Counted from the first letter of the stretch, positions 33,611-44,569 are shown. The stretch is DNA of 64,000 nucleotides from Sphingomonas sp. (GCA_965260965.1 CBDHCA010000003.1:781533-845532), one strand, 5' to 3'. Numbers and translations: made by a program. Notes: a model not told the origin generated them from the letters alone.

Positions 33611-33939
33611 TGAGCGCCGCAAAGCCCAAGATGAGGATCAAGAAGGGCGATCAGGTCATCGTGCTTTCAGGTCGTGACAAGGGCAAGACCGGGACGGTCA
33701 CGACGGCCATGCCCAAGGACGGCAAGGTGATCGTGGGCGGGGTCAACATCGCCGTGCGGCACACCAAGCCGTCGCAGGGCGATCCCGAGGGTGGCCTGAA
33801 GCGCATCGAGGCGCCGCTGCACGTCTCCAAGGTCGCGCATGTGACAGCCGACGGCAAGCCGACGCGGGTCCGCTACGAGACGCAGGACGGCAAGAAGGTC
33901 CGCGTGGCCGTGAAGACGGGGGACAAGATCGATGGCTGA
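33610..33939 (+). CDS. rplX: 50S ribosomal protein L24
   Basis: [19 protein letters not shown] and EAPLHVSKV. Confidence 0.98.
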   Translation: MSAAKPKMRIKKGDQVIVLSGRDKGKTGTVTTAMPKDGKVIVGGVNIAVRHTKPSQGDPEGGLKRIEAPLHVSKVAHVTADGKPTRVRYETQDGKKVRVAVKTGDKIDG

Positions 33940-34516
33940 CACCTATACCCCCCGCATGAAGGCCATGTACGCCGACAGCATTGCCAAGGCGATGACTGAG
34001 AAGTTCGGGTACAAGAACGTGCTGGAAGTGCCTCGTCTCGACAAGATCGTGCTCAACATGGGCGTCGGCGAGGCGACGCAGGACAAGAAGCGCGTCGACC
34101 AGGCTGCGTCCGAGATGGAACTGATCGCCGGGCAGAAGCCGGTCATCACGAAGGCGAAGAAGTCGATCGCGCAGTTCAAGCTGCGCGAGGGCATGCCGAT
34201 CGGGGTGAAGGTGACGTTGCGCCGTGATCGGATGTACGAATTCCTGGACCGGCTCATCACGATCGCGCTGCCGCGCGTGCGCGACTTCCGGGGCCTGAAT
34301 CCCAGGAGCTTCGACGGGCGCGGCAACTATGCCTGCGGCCTGAAGGAGCAGATCGTGTTTCCCGAGATCAACTATGACCGGATCGACAAGGTCCGCGGCA
34401 TGGATGTGATCGTGACGACGACGGCTAAGACCGACGAGGAGGCGCGCGAGCTGCTCCGCCTGTTCGGCTTCCCGTTCCCGCAGGACGAGGCGGCCGAGGA
34501 AAAGAAGGCCGCCTGA
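33932..34516 (+). CDS. rplE: 50S ribosomal protein L5
   Basis: [20 protein letters not shown] and FDGRGNY. Confidence 0.99.
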   Translation: MADTYTPRMKAMYADSIAKAMTEKFGYKNVLEVPRLDKIVLNMGVGEATQDKKRVDQAASEMELIAGQKPVITKAKKSIAQFKLREGMPIGVKVTLRRDRMYEFLDRLITIALPRVRDFRGLNPRSFDGRGNYACGLKEQIVFPEINYDRIDKVRGMDVIVTTTAKTDEEARELLRLFGFPFPQDEAAEEKKAA

Positions 34517-34580
34517 TACTGTCAACCCGTCGCCGCAGCCAGGTGCTGAACGGACGGATACAAGGAAGAGAGCGCAACTC

Positions 34581-34886
34581 ATGGCCAAGCAAAGTTCGGT
34601 CAACAAGAACAACCGCCGTCGCGAGATGGTAAAGAAGTACGCGCCGAAATATGCGGCGTTGAAGGCGATCGCGAACGACGAGTCGGTGGACGAGGGCGAG
34701 CGGCTGATCGCGCGCCTGAAGATGGCGGAAATCCCCCGCAACGGTAATCCGACGCGGATCCGCAACCGGTGCGAGCTGACGGGACGTCCGCGCGGGTATT
34801 ACCGCAAGTTCCGCCTCGCCCGCGTCATGCTGCGTGATCTGGCCAACAAGGGCATGATCCCAGGCGTCGTGAAGTCAAGCTGGTAA
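34581..34886 (+). CDS. rpsN: 30S ribosomal protein S14 (101-aa, Zn-independent type)
   Basis: [14 protein letters not shown] and PGVVKSSW. Confidence 0.98.
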   Translation: MAKQSSVNKNNRRREMVKKYAPKYAALKAIANDESVDEGERLIARLKMAEIPRNGNPTRIRNRCELTGRPRGYYRKFRLARVMLRDLANKGMIPGVVKSSW

Positions 34887-34896
34887 GGAAGCGATC

Positions 34897-35292
34897 ATGG
34901 CATTGACCGATCCCCTGGGTGACATGCTCACCCGCATCCGCAACGGCCAGCGCGCGAAGAAGGATTCTGTCCTGTCGCCGGCGTCTAAGCTGCGCGTCCG
35001 CGTGCTGGACGTGCTGCAGCGCGAGGGCTTCATCCGCGGCTATACCGACGAGCAGATGGGTCCGGCTGCGGGCCTGCGCATCGAGCTGAAATATTTCGAG
35101 GGACAGCCCGCGATCAAGCATGTCGCGCGCGTGTCCAAGCCGGGCCGGCGCGTCTATTCGGGGTCGCAGTCGCTGCCCCGCGTGATGAACGGGCTGGGCA
35201 TCACCATCGTCTCGACGCCGCGCGGCGTCCTGTCGGACGCGGAAGCGCGCGAGCACAATGTCGGTGGCGAAGTGCTGGCGGAGGTGTTCTGA
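34897..35292 (+). CDS. rpsH: 30S ribosomal protein S8
   Basis: [12 protein letters not shown] and SKPGRRVY. Confidence 0.99.
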   Translation: MALTDPLGDMLTRIRNGQRAKKDSVLSPASKLRVRVLDVLQREGFIRGYTDEQMGPAAGLRIELKYFEGQPAIKHVARVSKPGRRVYSGSQSLPRVMNGLGITIVSTPRGVLSDAEAREHNVGGEVLAEVF

Positions 35293-35825
35293 TGAGCCGC
35301 ATCGGCAAGAAGGCGGTTCCGGTCCCGGCCGGCGTCACCGCCAACATCAACGATGGCCTGTTGAGCGTGAAGGGTCCCAAGGGGACGCTGACGCTCCGGC
35401 TGGCCGATGACATCTCGTATGCGGTCGAGGGTGACGGGATCCTGGTCAAGCCGGCCAACGACACCAAGCGGGCGCGCGCCTTCTGGGGGATGCAGCGCAC
35501 ACTGGTGCAGAACCTGGTGACGGGCGTGACCGACGGCTTCACCAAGAAGCTGCTCATCAGCGGTGTTGGCTACCGCGCGGCGGCGCAGGGCCGGACGCTG
35601 CGGCTACAGCTGGGCTATAGCCACGACGTCAATATCGACGTGCCCGAGGGGCTGGACGTGAAGACGCCCGACGCGACGACGGTCGAGATTTCGGGCGCGG
35701 ACAAGCAGAAGGTGGGGCAACTCGCCGCGGAAATCCGTCGCTGGAGGAAGCCGGAGCCCTATAAGGGCAAGGGCATCAAATATGATGGCGAGTTCATCTT
35801 CCGCAAGGAAGGGAAGAAGAAGTGA
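35292..35825 (+). CDS. rplF: 50S ribosomal protein L6
   Basis: MSRIGKK and PEPYKGKGI. Confidence 0.99.
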   Translation: MSRIGKKAVPVPAGVTANINDGLLSVKGPKGTLTLRLADDISYAVEGDGILVKPANDTKRARAFWGMQRTLVQNLVTGVTDGFTKKLLISGVGYRAAAQGRTLRLQLGYSHDVNIDVPEGLDVKTPDATTVEISGADKQKVGQLAAEIRRWRKPEPYKGKGIKYDGEFIFRKEGKKK

Positions 35826-36181
35826 TGACCAAGGGACTGTCCCTGTTCGACAAGCGGCGCCGCCGCAATCGCACCGCGCTGCGCGCACGGGCCGGATCGC
35901 GCCCGCGCCTGTCGGTGCACCGCTCGGGCAAGCATATCTATGCGCAGGTGATCGACGACGCCGCGGGGCGCACGGTTGCTTCCGCATCGACACTTGAGAA
36001 GGACGTTCGCGACCAGTCGGGCGCGAACGTCGAGGCGGCCGGCGCGGTCGGCAAGCGGGTCGCGGAGAAGGCGAAGGCGTCGGGCGTGACGCAGGTCGTG
36101 TTCGATCGCGGCGGCTTCCTGTACCACGGCCGGGTCAAGGCGCTGGCGGATGCGGCGCGCGAAGCCGGATTGGAGTTCTGA
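35825..36181 (+). CDS. rplR: 50S ribosomal protein L18
   Basis: [16 protein letters not shown] and [13 protein letters not shown]. Confidence 0.98.
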   Translation: MTKGLSLFDKRRRRNRTALRARAGSRPRLSVHRSGKHIYAQVIDDAAGRTVASASTLEKDVRDQSGANVEAAGAVGKRVAEKAKASGVTQVVFDRGGFLYHGRVKALADAAREAGLEF

Positions 36182-36184
36182 TAG

Positions 36185-36979
36185 ATGGCTGATGACAACA
36201 ACACGCCCGCAGCCGCGGCGCCCGAGGCAACGCCCGCGACGCAGCCCGCGGGCAACACCGGCGGGTCCGGTGGTGGCCAGGGTGGTAGCCAAGGTGGTTA
36301 CGGCGGCGGCGGCGGCGGCGGTGGTCGCGGTCGTGGTGGCCCGGGTGGCGGTCGTGGTCGCGGCGGCCAAGGCGGCGGACGCGGCGGTCGTGACGGCAAT
36401 CGCGGGCGGCGCGACGGCGGCCGCGGCGGTTCGGACGATGGCGGCGAGGAGCTGATCGAGAAGCTGGTCCACATCAACCGCGTGTCCAAGACGGTGAAGG
36501 GTGGCAAGCGGTTCGGCTTCGCGGCACTGGTCATCGTGGGCGACGGCAAGGGCCGGGTCGGCTTCGGCCACGGCAAGGCGCGCGAGGTGCCGGAGGCGAT
36601 CTCAAAGGCGACGGCCGCCGCCAAGAAGGGCATGGTTCGCGTGCCGCTGCGCGAAGGGCGTACGCTGCATCACGATGCGAACGGGCATTTCGGGGCGGGC
36701 AGGGTGACGCTGCGCGCGGCGCCGCAGGGGACCGGCATCATCGCCGGTGGCCCGATGCGCGCCATCTTCGAATCGCTGGGCGTGGCCGATGTGGTGACCA
36801 AGTCGGTCGGCACGTCCAACCCGTACAACATGATCCGCGCGACGTTCGAGGCGCTGGGCGACCAGACCAGCCCGAAGGCGGTGGCGCAGCGGCGCGGCAA
36901 GAAGATCGCCGACCTGATGGGTCGCGGCGGGGCGGACAAGGATGTCGCCGAAGCCGACGCCGCGGCACTGGTGGAGTAA
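36185..36979 (+). CDS. rpsE: 30S ribosomal protein S5 with long Gly/Arg-rich N-terminal extension
   Basis: [14 protein letters not shown] and GTGIIAGG. Confidence 0.98.
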   Translation: MADDNNTPAAAAPEATPATQPAGNTGGSGGGQGGSQGGYGGGGGGGGRGRGGPGGGRGRGGQGGGRGGRDGNRGRRDGGRGGSDDGGEELIEKLVHINRVSKTVKGGKRFGFAALVIVGDGKGRVGFGHGKAREVPEAISKATAAAKKGMVRVPLREGRTLHHDANGHFGAGRVTLRAAPQGTGIIAGGPMRAIFESLGVADVVTKSVGTSNPYNMIRATFEALGDQTSPKAVAQRRGKKIADLMGRGGADKDVAEADAAALVE

Positions 36980-36984
36980 GCGAG

Positions 36985-37161
36985 ATGGCGACGATCAGGA
37001 TCACGCAGACGGGCTCGCCCATCCGCCGCGACAAGAGCCAGCGCGCGACGCTGGTCGGGCTGGGGCTGAACAAGATGCATCGCACCTCGGAGCTGGAGGA
37101 CAGCCCCGAGGTACGCGGCATGATCCGCAAGGTGCAGCATATGGTGGAGGTGGAGGGGTAG
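36985..37161 (+). CDS. rpmD: 50S ribosomal protein L30 (not in the supplied ORF list)
   Basis: Translated manually: [58 protein letters not shown]. Confidence 0.96.
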   Translation: MATIRITQTGSPIRRDKSQRATLVGLGLNKMHRTSELEDSPEVRGMIRKVQHMVEVEG

Positions 37162-37168
37162 GCCCGAG

Positions 37169-37224
37169 CCCTCACTTCCCGCTGCCTTTGGCAGCGAACC
37201 CTTCTCTCCCGCTCGCGGGAGAGA
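37169..37224. repeat. Palindromic REP/CIR-like element (CCCTCAC...CTCTCCCGC-x-GCGGGAGAG family)
   Basis: TCTCTCCCGC-TC-GCGGGAGAGA hairpin preceded by CCCTCAC and a second small hairpin. A related copy lies at 43624-43657. Confidence 0.65.
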
Positions 37225-37257
37225 GTTATCGGCGCGAACGAAGCGAAAGCGAGTGCA

Positions 37258-37791
37258 ATGAGACTGAACGAACTTCGAGATAATGACGGCGCCCGCAAGG
37301 GCAAGATGCGCGTCGGGCGCGGCATCGGGTCGGGCAAGGGCAAGACCGGCGGACGTGGCCAGAAGGGCCAGAAGAGCCGCGAGGGCGTGTCGATCGCGGG
37401 CTTCGAGGGCGGGCAGATGCCGCTTCACATGCGGCTGCCCAAGCGCGGCTTCAACAATGTGTTCGCCAAGGACTATGCCGAGGTGAACCTGGGCGCGATC
37501 CAGCGGCTGGTGGACGCGGGCACGGTGAGCGGCGAGACGACGCTGGACCATGAGGCGCTGAAGGCGGCGGGGCTGGCGCGCGGCGGCAAGGATGGTGTTC
37601 GCCTGCTGGGCAAGGGCGAATTGACCACGAAGCTGAGCTTCTCGGTCGCGGGCGCGTCGAAGGGCGCGATCGAGGCGGTCGAGAAAGTGGGCGGGTCGGT
37701 CGAGGTGCTGCACGTCGTGCCGGCCTCCGAGAAGGCCGCCGCCAAGAAGGGCAAGGCGCGCGAGGCGCGGCTGGCCAAGCGGACCGCCTGA
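37258..37791 (+). CDS. rplO: 50S ribosomal protein L15
   Basis: [13 protein letters not shown] and [17 protein letters not shown]. Confidence 0.99.
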   Translation: MRLNELRDNDGARKGKMRVGRGIGSGKGKTGGRGQKGQKSREGVSIAGFEGGQMPLHMRLPKRGFNNVFAKDYAEVNLGAIQRLVDAGTVSGETTLDHEALKAAGLARGGKDGVRLLGKGELTTKLSFSVAGASKGAIEAVEKVGGSVEVLHVVPASEKAAAKKGKAREARLAKRTA

Positions 37792-37893
37792 CCCCCACCA
37801 CCACCGGGCGGTTAGACAAGCCGCCCGCTGTGACTATATGAGCGGCGGGGGCGGGCAAGCCGCTTCCCGCCATACTCGTACCCAGGAAGACGC

Positions 37894-39255
37894 ATGGCAT
37901 CCGCAGCCCAGATGGCGCCCAATCTAAGCCTGGCGAAATTCGCCAAGGCGACCGACCTGAAGAAACGGCTCTGGTTCACGATCGGCGCGCTGATCATTTT
38001 CCGGCTGTTGTCCTATGTGCCGCTACCTGGGATCGATCCGACCGCGCTGGGGCTGCTGAGCGAGCGGACCAGTGGCGGCGTGCTGGATTTCTTCAACACC
38101 TTCTCGGGCGGTTCGCTCAAGCGGATGAGCCTGATCGCGCTGGGCGTCATGCCGTACATCACCGCGTCGATCGTGGTGCAGCTGGCGACATCGCTGTCGC
38201 CGACGCTGGCCGCAATCAAGAAGGACGGCGAGAGCGGGCGCAAGAAACTCAACCAATATACGCGCTACGGCACGGTCGCGCTGACCGCGGTGCAGGGGTA
38301 TTTCATCGCTGTCGGTCTGGAGACGCTGGGCGCGAACCAGGGCGTGCAGGCGGTGGTCGATCCGGGGCTGCTGTTCCGGGTGGCGGCGGTCGTCAGCCTA
38401 GTCGGCGGCACGATGTTCCTGATGTGGCTGGGCGAGCAGATCACGAGCCGGGGGATCGGCAACGGCGTGTCGCTGATCATCATGGCGGGAATCGTCGCGA
38501 ACCTGCCGACGACGTTGTTCAACCTGCTGGAAGGCGGGCGCGAGGGATCGGTCGACGGGGTGCGGATCATCGGCATCATCGTGGCGGTGGTCGTGCTGGT
38601 GCTGTTCATCTGTTTCATGGAACGCGCGCAGCGCCGCATCCTGATCCAGTATCCCAAGCGCCAGACGCAGCGCGGGATGCAGGCGGATCGCAGCCATTTG
38701 CCGCTGAAGATCAATACCGCCGGCGTGATCCCGCCGATCTTCGCCTCGTCGCTGCTGCTGATGCCGCTGACCATCTCGCAGTTTGCGGGACAGCGGGTGG
38801 CCGGCGAGAGCGCGTGGGGCGATTTCATCATCACGCTGAACCAGTATCTGCAGCACGGCGCGCCGCTGTACATGCTGCTGTACGGGGCGGGGATCATCTT
38901 CTTCTCGTTCTTCTACACGGCCGTCGTGTTCAATCCCGAGGAGACGGCGGACAATCTGAAGCGCTACGGCGGGTTCATTCCGGGCATCCGGCCGGGCAAG
39001 AACACCGAGAAATATTTTGATTACGTGCTGACCCGGATCACGGTCATCGGCGCGGCCTATCTGACGCTGATCTGCCTGTTGCCGGAATATCTGGTGTCGG
39101 CGCTACAGATCCCCTTTTATCTGGGGGGAACCTCGTTACTGATCGTGGTGAACGTCACGATGGATACGGTGACACAGATCCAGAGCTATCTGTACGCGCA
39201 GCAATATGGCGATCTGATCAAGAAGGCGAAGCTGAAGGGCGGACGGCTCCGCTGA
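37894..39255 (+). CDS. secY: Preprotein translocase subunit SecY
   Basis: ALGVMPYITASI, RGIGNGVSL, GVIPPIFA and GFIPGIRPG. Confidence 0.99.
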   Translation: MASAAQMAPNLSLAKFAKATDLKKRLWFTIGALIIFRLLSYVPLPGIDPTALGLLSERTSGGVLDFFNTFSGGSLKRMSLIALGVMPYITASIVVQLATSLSPTLAAIKKDGESGRKKLNQYTRYGTVALTAVQGYFIAVGLETLGANQGVQAVVDPGLLFRVAAVVSLVGGTMFLMWLGEQITSRGIGNGVSLIIMAGIVANLPTTLFNLLEGGREGSVDGVRIIGIIVAVVVLVLFICFMERAQRRILIQYPKRQTQRGMQADRSHLPLKINTAGVIPPIFASSLLLMPLTISQFAGQRVAGESAWGDFIITLNQYLQHGAPLYMLLYGAGIIFFSFFYTAVVFNPEETADNLKRYGGFIPGIRPGKNTEKYFDYVLTRITVIGAAYLTLICLLPEYLVSALQIPFYLGGTSLLIVVNVTMDTVTQIQSYLYAQQYGDLIKKAKLKGGRLR

Positions 39256-39287
39256 GCCGGACATGACCTGACAGGGAGAGGCGGGCC

Positions 39288-39935
39288 GTGAATATCATCC
39301 TTCTGGGGCCGCCGGGCGCGGGCAAGGGGACGCAGGCGGGTCGGCTGGTCGCCGAACGCGGCATGATCCAGCTGTCGACCGGCGATATGCTGCGCGCCGC
39401 GAAGGACGCAGGGACGCCCGTCGGGTTGCAGGTGAAGGCGGTGATGGCGTCGGGCGGACTGGTATCCGACGCGATCGTCTCCGCGCTGATCGCAGAGAAG
39501 CTGGACGTGCTGGAACACGGCACCGGCGTGATCTTCGACGGCTATCCGCGTACGGCGGCGCAAGCGGATGCTCTGGACCTGCTGTTGGCCAAGCGCGACC
39601 GGGCGCTGGACCTGGTCATCGAGTTGATGGTGGACGAGGCGGCGCTGATCGACCGGGTGGTGGGCCGCTATACCTGCGCCAAATGCGGCGAGGGCTATCA
39701 CGACCGTTACAAGGAACCGCGCGTCGCGGGGGTGTGCGACGTGTGCGGGTCGACCGAGTTCACGCGCCGCCCCGACGACAATGCCGAAACCGTACGCACG
39801 CGCATGGCCGAATACCGCGCGAAGACCGCGCCGATCCTGCCGATCTATGACAAGCGCGGGCTGGTGCAGCGGGTGGACGGGATGCAGGACATCGACAGCG
39901 TGCACGCGGCGATCGTGGCGCTGCTGGAGGGATAA
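39288..39935 (+). CDS. adk: Adenylate kinase (Zn-lid type)
   Basis: LGPPGAGKGTQ, STGDMLR, DGYPRT and CAKC...CDVC lid. Confidence 0.98.
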   Translation: MNIILLGPPGAGKGTQAGRLVAERGMIQLSTGDMLRAAKDAGTPVGLQVKAVMASGGLVSDAIVSALIAEKLDVLEHGTGVIFDGYPRTAAQADALDLLLAKRDRALDLVIELMVDEAALIDRVVGRYTCAKCGEGYHDRYKEPRVAGVCDVCGSTEFTRRPDDNAETVRTRMAEYRAKTAPILPIYDKRGLVQRVDGMQDIDSVHAAIVALLEG

Positions 39936-40040
39936 GCGGGGGGCGGGGGCTAAAGCCTGTGACGATCGCGCTGCTGGTGAGCGCTCCCACCGTCCTATCG
40001 GACAGGACAAAGGGTAATGCGTTCTTTAGAGAAATCAGCG

Positions 40041-40667
40041 TTACTGGCACACCGGCCACGCCTGTAGCGTACGCTCGACGATGGCGAGCAGTTCTGGCCG
40101 GTCCATACCGTCGCGCGCCAGAACGGACATTCCCTGGATGATCGCCATCACCATGCCGGCCACGGCTGCGACATCAACGTCCGAAGGCAGGATGCCAGTC
40201 TCGACATCGCGTTTGATCCGGGCGCGTAGCCGGGCAGCGACACCCGCGCGGATGTCGGCGATCGCCCGCTGCACGTCGGCCGACGCGGACGAGCCGCTGG
40301 CGGTCGCGCTGGCGAGCAGGCAACCCCTGGGGGTCGCCTCACCCGTGAACGCGGTCGCGGCCGAGATCAGCATGGCACGCGCGGCATCACATGACGTTTC
40401 GGCGTCATCGAGCGCCTGTGCCATTGCCCCTGGATCGCCCGCATAGCGGCGGGCAGCTTCCAGGAAGAGCCGCTTCTTGTCGCCGAACGCGGTGTAGAGG
40501 CTGGGTGCCGTCACCCCCATCGCGGTCGTCAGGTCGACGATCGACGTGGTTTCGTACCCGTAGCGCCAGAACGTCAGCATCGCCTGTTCGAGCGCAGCAT
40601 CGCGATCGAACGACAGCGGGCGTCCCGTCTTCCGACGCGGCACAGCTTCCTTTTCGGCCAATTCCAT
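40041..40667 (-). CDS. TetR/AcrR-family transcriptional regulator
   Basis: GRPLSFDRDAAL...FWRYGYETTS...PSLYTAFGDK...GCLL. Confidence 0.93.
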   Translation of the reverse strand: MELAEKEAVPRRKTGRPLSFDRDAALEQAMLTFWRYGYETTSIVDLTTAMGVTAPSLYTAFGDKKRLFLEAARRYAGDPGAMAQALDDAETSCDAARAMLISAATAFTGEATPRGCLLASATASGSSASADVQRAIADIRAGVAARLRARIKRDVETGILPSDVDVAAVAGMVMAIIQGMSVLARDGMDRPELLAIVERTLQAWPVCQ

Positions 40668-40715
40668 AGTGACTGCTCTGAAAGAGATTGACGGTCGGTC
40701 CGCGCTGTATCATGG

Positions 40716-40739
40716 CTTTCGTATCGAACGCTAGGAAAG
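40716..40739. promoter_or_regulatory. Candidate TetR operator
   Basis: Imperfect palindrome CTTTCGTATCGAACGCTAGGAAAG (18 of 24 positions symmetric) in the divergent tetR/AKR spacer. Confidence 0.5.
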
Positions 40740-40748
40740 TATCTTCGA

Positions 40749-41836
40749 ATGACCCTGACCAATTTCCGCACGCTCGGGCGCTCCGGCCTCGTCGTAAGCC
40801 CGCTGGCACTCGGTACGATGACCTTTGGCCCCGGCGAGTGGAATGCGGACGACACGACGTCGCGAGCCATTTTCGACGCCTACCGCAACGCCGGGGGCAA
40901 TTTCGTCGATACCGCCGATATCTATTCGGGATCTATTCGGGAGGCGAGAGCGAGACGCTGGTCGGCCGGTTCATCGCCGACAGCAAGGCGCGCGATAAAA
41001 TCGTGCTCGCCACCAAGTTCGCGTTCAACGGGTCAGCGAGCCCGCTGACCGCGACGCAGGCCGGCAGCGGCAATCCGAATGCGGGCGGCGCCGGCGCCAA
41101 GAACATCCACCGCGCGCTCGATGCCTCGCTCAGGCGCCTTGGGACGGATTACATCGACCTCTACTGGATGCACGTCTGGGACGGCGTGACGCCGATCGAG
41201 GAGATCGTGCAGACGCTGGGCGACCTCGTCCGTGCGGGCAAGATCCGTTATTATGGCCTGTCGGACATGCCCGCATGGCTGGCGATGAAGGCCGCGACGA
41301 TCGCGAGCGAGCGGCGTGTACCGGGGCCGATCGCGATGCAGCTCGAATATTCCCTCGTGGCGCGCGACGTGGAGAGCGAGCATTTCCCCGCAGCGCACGA
41401 AGGCGGAATGGGGATCATGCCGTGGAGCCCGCTGGCGGGCGGCTTCCTGTCAGGCAAGTACCGGCGGGACAATACCAGCGACACCGGTCGCCTGAGCGGG
41501 GCGAACCCGTTCGGCGACAGCAAGTTCGTCGATCGCAACTGGGACATCCTCGATGTCGTGAAAGCCATCGCCTCGGAGCTTGACCGACCGGTCGCACAGG
41601 TGGCGCTCGCTTGGACGCTGGCACGCACGGGCGTGGCCTCGACGCTGGTCGGCGCGCGCACGGTATCGCAGCTAGAAAGCAACATCGCTGCCAGCGACAT
41701 TAATCTGAGCGCCGACCAGATGAAGCGTCTCGATGATGCGAGCGCGCCTGCGCCGGGCTTCAGTTCCGGCCTCGCGGCCCCGTTCATCCGCCGCATGGTC
41801 TTCGGCGGTCACGACGTTGTAGGCTGGGGCGAGTAA
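40749..41836 (+). pseudogene. Aldo/keto reductase frameshifted by an 11-bp tandem duplication
   Basis: The N-terminus (LGRSGLVVSPLALGTM, VDTADIYS) and the remainder (GESETLVG, DYIDLYWMH, PWSPLAGGFL) are in different frames. The junction is ATCTATTCGGG x2 at 40920-40941. Confidence 0.92.
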
Positions 41837-42080
41837 TAGCGGCCGGGTTGGAGGCGCGTTGAGCGGAGTGGATGGTTGATAAATATGGCCCTGCCGCCTC
41901 GGCTTTCCCTATCGTGAAGGAAAATGGATGAGCGGGGCCGGCAGTGAGCGCGCGTCCCAACGATGCGACCAGCTTCGTCCCAGCTTCGTTATCGGCGGAC
42001 CGGTCCTGGTTTGTGTCCGGGTTGCGATCGACGACGCGATGCGATTGCCGTTTCACGAAGGTGGCGAGCCTTGACGGGGA

Positions 42081-42938
42081 TCAGGGTCGCCATTCGAGGA
42101 TCGCAGCCGCGATCTCCATCGGTGCGTTTTCCTGTATGAAGTGCTTCGCGCCGGATAGATCGACGACATGGTGTATCGGGAACAGGTCCGCGAACCGATC
42201 GCGATCGGCCGGGCGAAAGGCACCATCGGCAGCACCCCATACAATCAGCGCGGGTTTGTCGGTCAGATCGGCCAGTCCTGCCTCGACTTCCGAGAGATAC
42301 GCCGCGCTTTCGCGGATATGACGGGCGAAAATCCAAGCGGGAAGCCGTGAAGCGGCGGTTGGGAAGGGTCCCAGGTAGGCCGTCATCTCCGCCTGTGTAA
42401 GCGTCCGGTTGGTGCCTGCCGGGATCAGCCAGCGGGCGAGCATGTTGTGGCGGGTGATGAGATACCGCGAGAGAGCATTGCCCATGACGTAGGAAAACGC
42501 CTTCATCCCGGTGGTCGCGGGCCACGCGAACGAGTTGCCAATGATGAGGGAATGCACCCGTTCGGGGCGACGTCCGGCCAGTCCAAGCCCGATCGGGCCA
42601 CCCCAATCCTGCACCATGATCCTGAGTCCGGAGAGGTCGAGCGCGTCGACGAAGCCCTCCAGCACGCCGGAGTGTTCACGCGGGGTGTAGCCGTATTCCG
42701 GACTCGCCGTGCTGAGGCCAAACCCGGGATAGTCGAGCGCGATGCAGCGGAAGTGCGCCGACAGTTGGCTTACTATGTGTCGGTAAAGGAAGGACCAGGT
42801 CGGGTTGCCGTGAAACAGCAACAGGGTCGGCCCCGACCCTTCATCGATGTAATGAATCCTGTTTCCGGCGACGTCCACAAACCGGCTGGCAAAGGGAAAC
42901 AGCGACCGATCGAGCCATGCCGGATCGCTTTCGCTCAT
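42081..42938 (-). CDS. Alpha/beta hydrolase, haloalkane-dehalogenase/OleB-like
   Basis: HGNPTWSFLYR, the nucleophile motif VQDWGGPIG and the catalytic His in AKHFIQE. Confidence 0.88.
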   Translation of the reverse strand: MSESDPAWLDRSLFPFASRFVDVAGNRIHYIDEGSGPTLLLFHGNPTWSFLYRHIVSQLSAHFRCIALDYPGFGLSTASPEYGYTPREHSGVLEGFVDALDLSGLRIMVQDWGGPIGLGLAGRRPERVHSLIIGNSFAWPATTGMKAFSYVMGNALSRYLITRHNMLARWLIPAGTNRTLTQAEMTAYLGPFPTAASRLPAWIFARHIRESAAYLSEVEAGLADLTDKPALIVWGAADGAFRPADRDRFADLFPIHHVVDLSGAKHFIQENAPMEIAAAILEWRP

Positions 42939-43116
42939 TGCTTTACCTTTGCCAGTAGCGGCGACCTGCCCGGACTACCGGCGTGAACGAAGCAGGGGCA
43001 GGATCGGTTCAGGTCGGCTCGGACGGTCGACGCGTTCTGAGGTGGAGGTGCCCGCATTGCCGAAGGTCGCCACTTGTCGCTGTGCGATTGAAGGGGCGAC
43101 GGGCCGGCCGGAGGTA

Positions 43117-43147
43117 GCGGGACCCCGGCTCGAGGCCGGGGTGACGG
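43117..43147. repeat. CGTC-type REP-like palindrome, copy 1
   Basis: GCGGGACCCCGGCTCGAGGCCGGGGTGACGG, 29/31 identical to 48135-48165. Confidence 0.75.
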
Positions 43148-43166
43148 GAGTGGTTCTATCTGCTGC

Positions 43167-43499
43167 CTAATCTTCGAACTTGAGGCCTTCGCCCATCTCC
43201 TGCGATGTGCCGACGGTGCCGGCGGGGTGGTCGCGCGGGCCGGCGGTGGGGAACAGGTTGTCGAGGCGGCGGTGGAGTGATTCCTCGAAGGCTTCGCGAC
43301 CGCGGTGGGAGGTGTAGGAGACGGTGATCTGATCGGCAATCGCCGACTTGATCCGGGTGATCGCCGCACTGTCGAGGACGCCGGCATCGAGAAGCTCGGT
43401 GCATAGCTGCAGCAGGCCGACCGCGGTCGCGTGCGCGCGCAGTCCGACCAGTCCCAGTTCGCTGTTCAGTCGTCGGGCGTCCTGGTGCCGGTCCATCAT
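43167..43499 (-). CDS. Hypothetical protein (110 aa)
   Basis: Helical, protein-like ORF with no family recognised. Confidence 0.6.
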   Translation of the reverse strand: MMDRHQDARRLNSELGLVGLRAHATAVGLLQLCTELLDAGVLDSAAITRIKSAIADQITVSYTSHRGREAFEESLHRRLDNLFPTAGPRDHPAGTVGTSQEMGEGLKFED

Positions 43500-43623
43500 G
43501 CTTCCTCTCGCGCTGGTTTTTCCGATCGAAATGTATCGGCAGGTGTTTCCCTCAAACTATGCTGCGCCTGTCTTGATTGTGGATCAAGCTCTCGGGAAGC
43601 GGTTGCGGTTGCAAAAAAGAAGG

Positions 43624-43657
43624 CCCTCACCCACCCTCTCCCGCTTGCGGGAGAGGG
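43624..43657. repeat. Palindromic REP/CIR-like element
   Basis: CCCTCACCC-a-CCCTCTCCCGC-TT-GCGGGAGAGGG. Confidence 0.7.
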
Positions 43658-43876
43658 CTGAAGAAAGGAGCGGAGGGTGACGTGTTTGTCATGGCGGTGT
43701 CACGGCGGACGGAGGCGGGGTGATGCATAGCGGTTCTGCCGGCGGATAGCCGCAGTTTGCCGGCGACATTCCCCCATCGGCACCCGACACTCCCGGCGGG
43801 TGCCGTAAGGCCGGCGGACGCTCGTGTCCGTCGGCCTTTCCCTGTAGGTGAACGGGATGCGAACCGGAGTCGTCGA

Positions 43877-44569
43877 TTGAGCCGCAAGATCCTGATCGTC
43901 GAGGATGACGAGGCGACCGCCGGCTATGTGGCCAAGGGGCTCGGCGAGGCGGGATATGTGACGCAGTGCTGCGCCGACGGGCGCGACGGGCTGTTCCTGG
44001 CGAGCGAGGGTATCTTCGACCTGATCATCGCCGACCGGATGCTGCCAGGGCTGGACGGGCTGGCGATGCTGGGCGCGATCCGGGCGGCCGGGATCGAGAC
44101 GCCGGCGCTGATTTTGTCGGCGCTGGCATCGGTCGACGACCGGGTGGACGGGCTGCGCGCGGGCGGCGACGACTATCTGTGCAAGCCGTTTTCCTTCGCC
44201 GAGCTGTCGGCGCGGGTCGACGCGCTGGTACGGCGCGCGGACCGGGCTTCGGCGGAGCCGCAGCGGACCAAGCTGTCGGTCGGCGACCTGGAGATCGACC
44301 TGCTGGCGCACACCGTCGTGCGCGCTGGGCGCACGATCGGGTTGGGCGCGCGCGAGTTCAACCTGCTGGAGTATCTGGCACGGCATGCCGGGCAGGTGGT
44401 CACGCGCACGATGATGCTGGAGAAGATCTGGAACTATCATTTTGACCCGGGGTCGAACGTGGTTGACGTGCATATCGGGCGGCTGAGGCGCAAGCTGGAG
44501 GACGGGTTTTCCTCACCGATCCTGCACACGGTCAGGGGCGCGGGATACAGGTTGTCCGCCGAGGCGTGA
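43877..44569 (+). CDS. OmpR/CusR-type response regulator
   Basis: TTG start after GGAG. KILIVEDD, DRMLPGLDG, GGDDYLCKPF and HTVRGAGY. Confidence 0.93.
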   Translation: MSRKILIVEDDEATAGYVAKGLGEAGYVTQCCADGRDGLFLASEGIFDLIIADRMLPGLDGLAMLGAIRAAGIETPALILSALASVDDRVDGLRAGGDDYLCKPFSFAELSARVDALVRRADRASAEPQRTKLSVGDLEIDLLAHTVVRAGRTIGLGAREFNLLEYLARHAGQVVTRTMMLEKIWNYHFDPGSNVVDVHIGRLRRKLEDGFSSPILHTVRGAGYRLSAEA

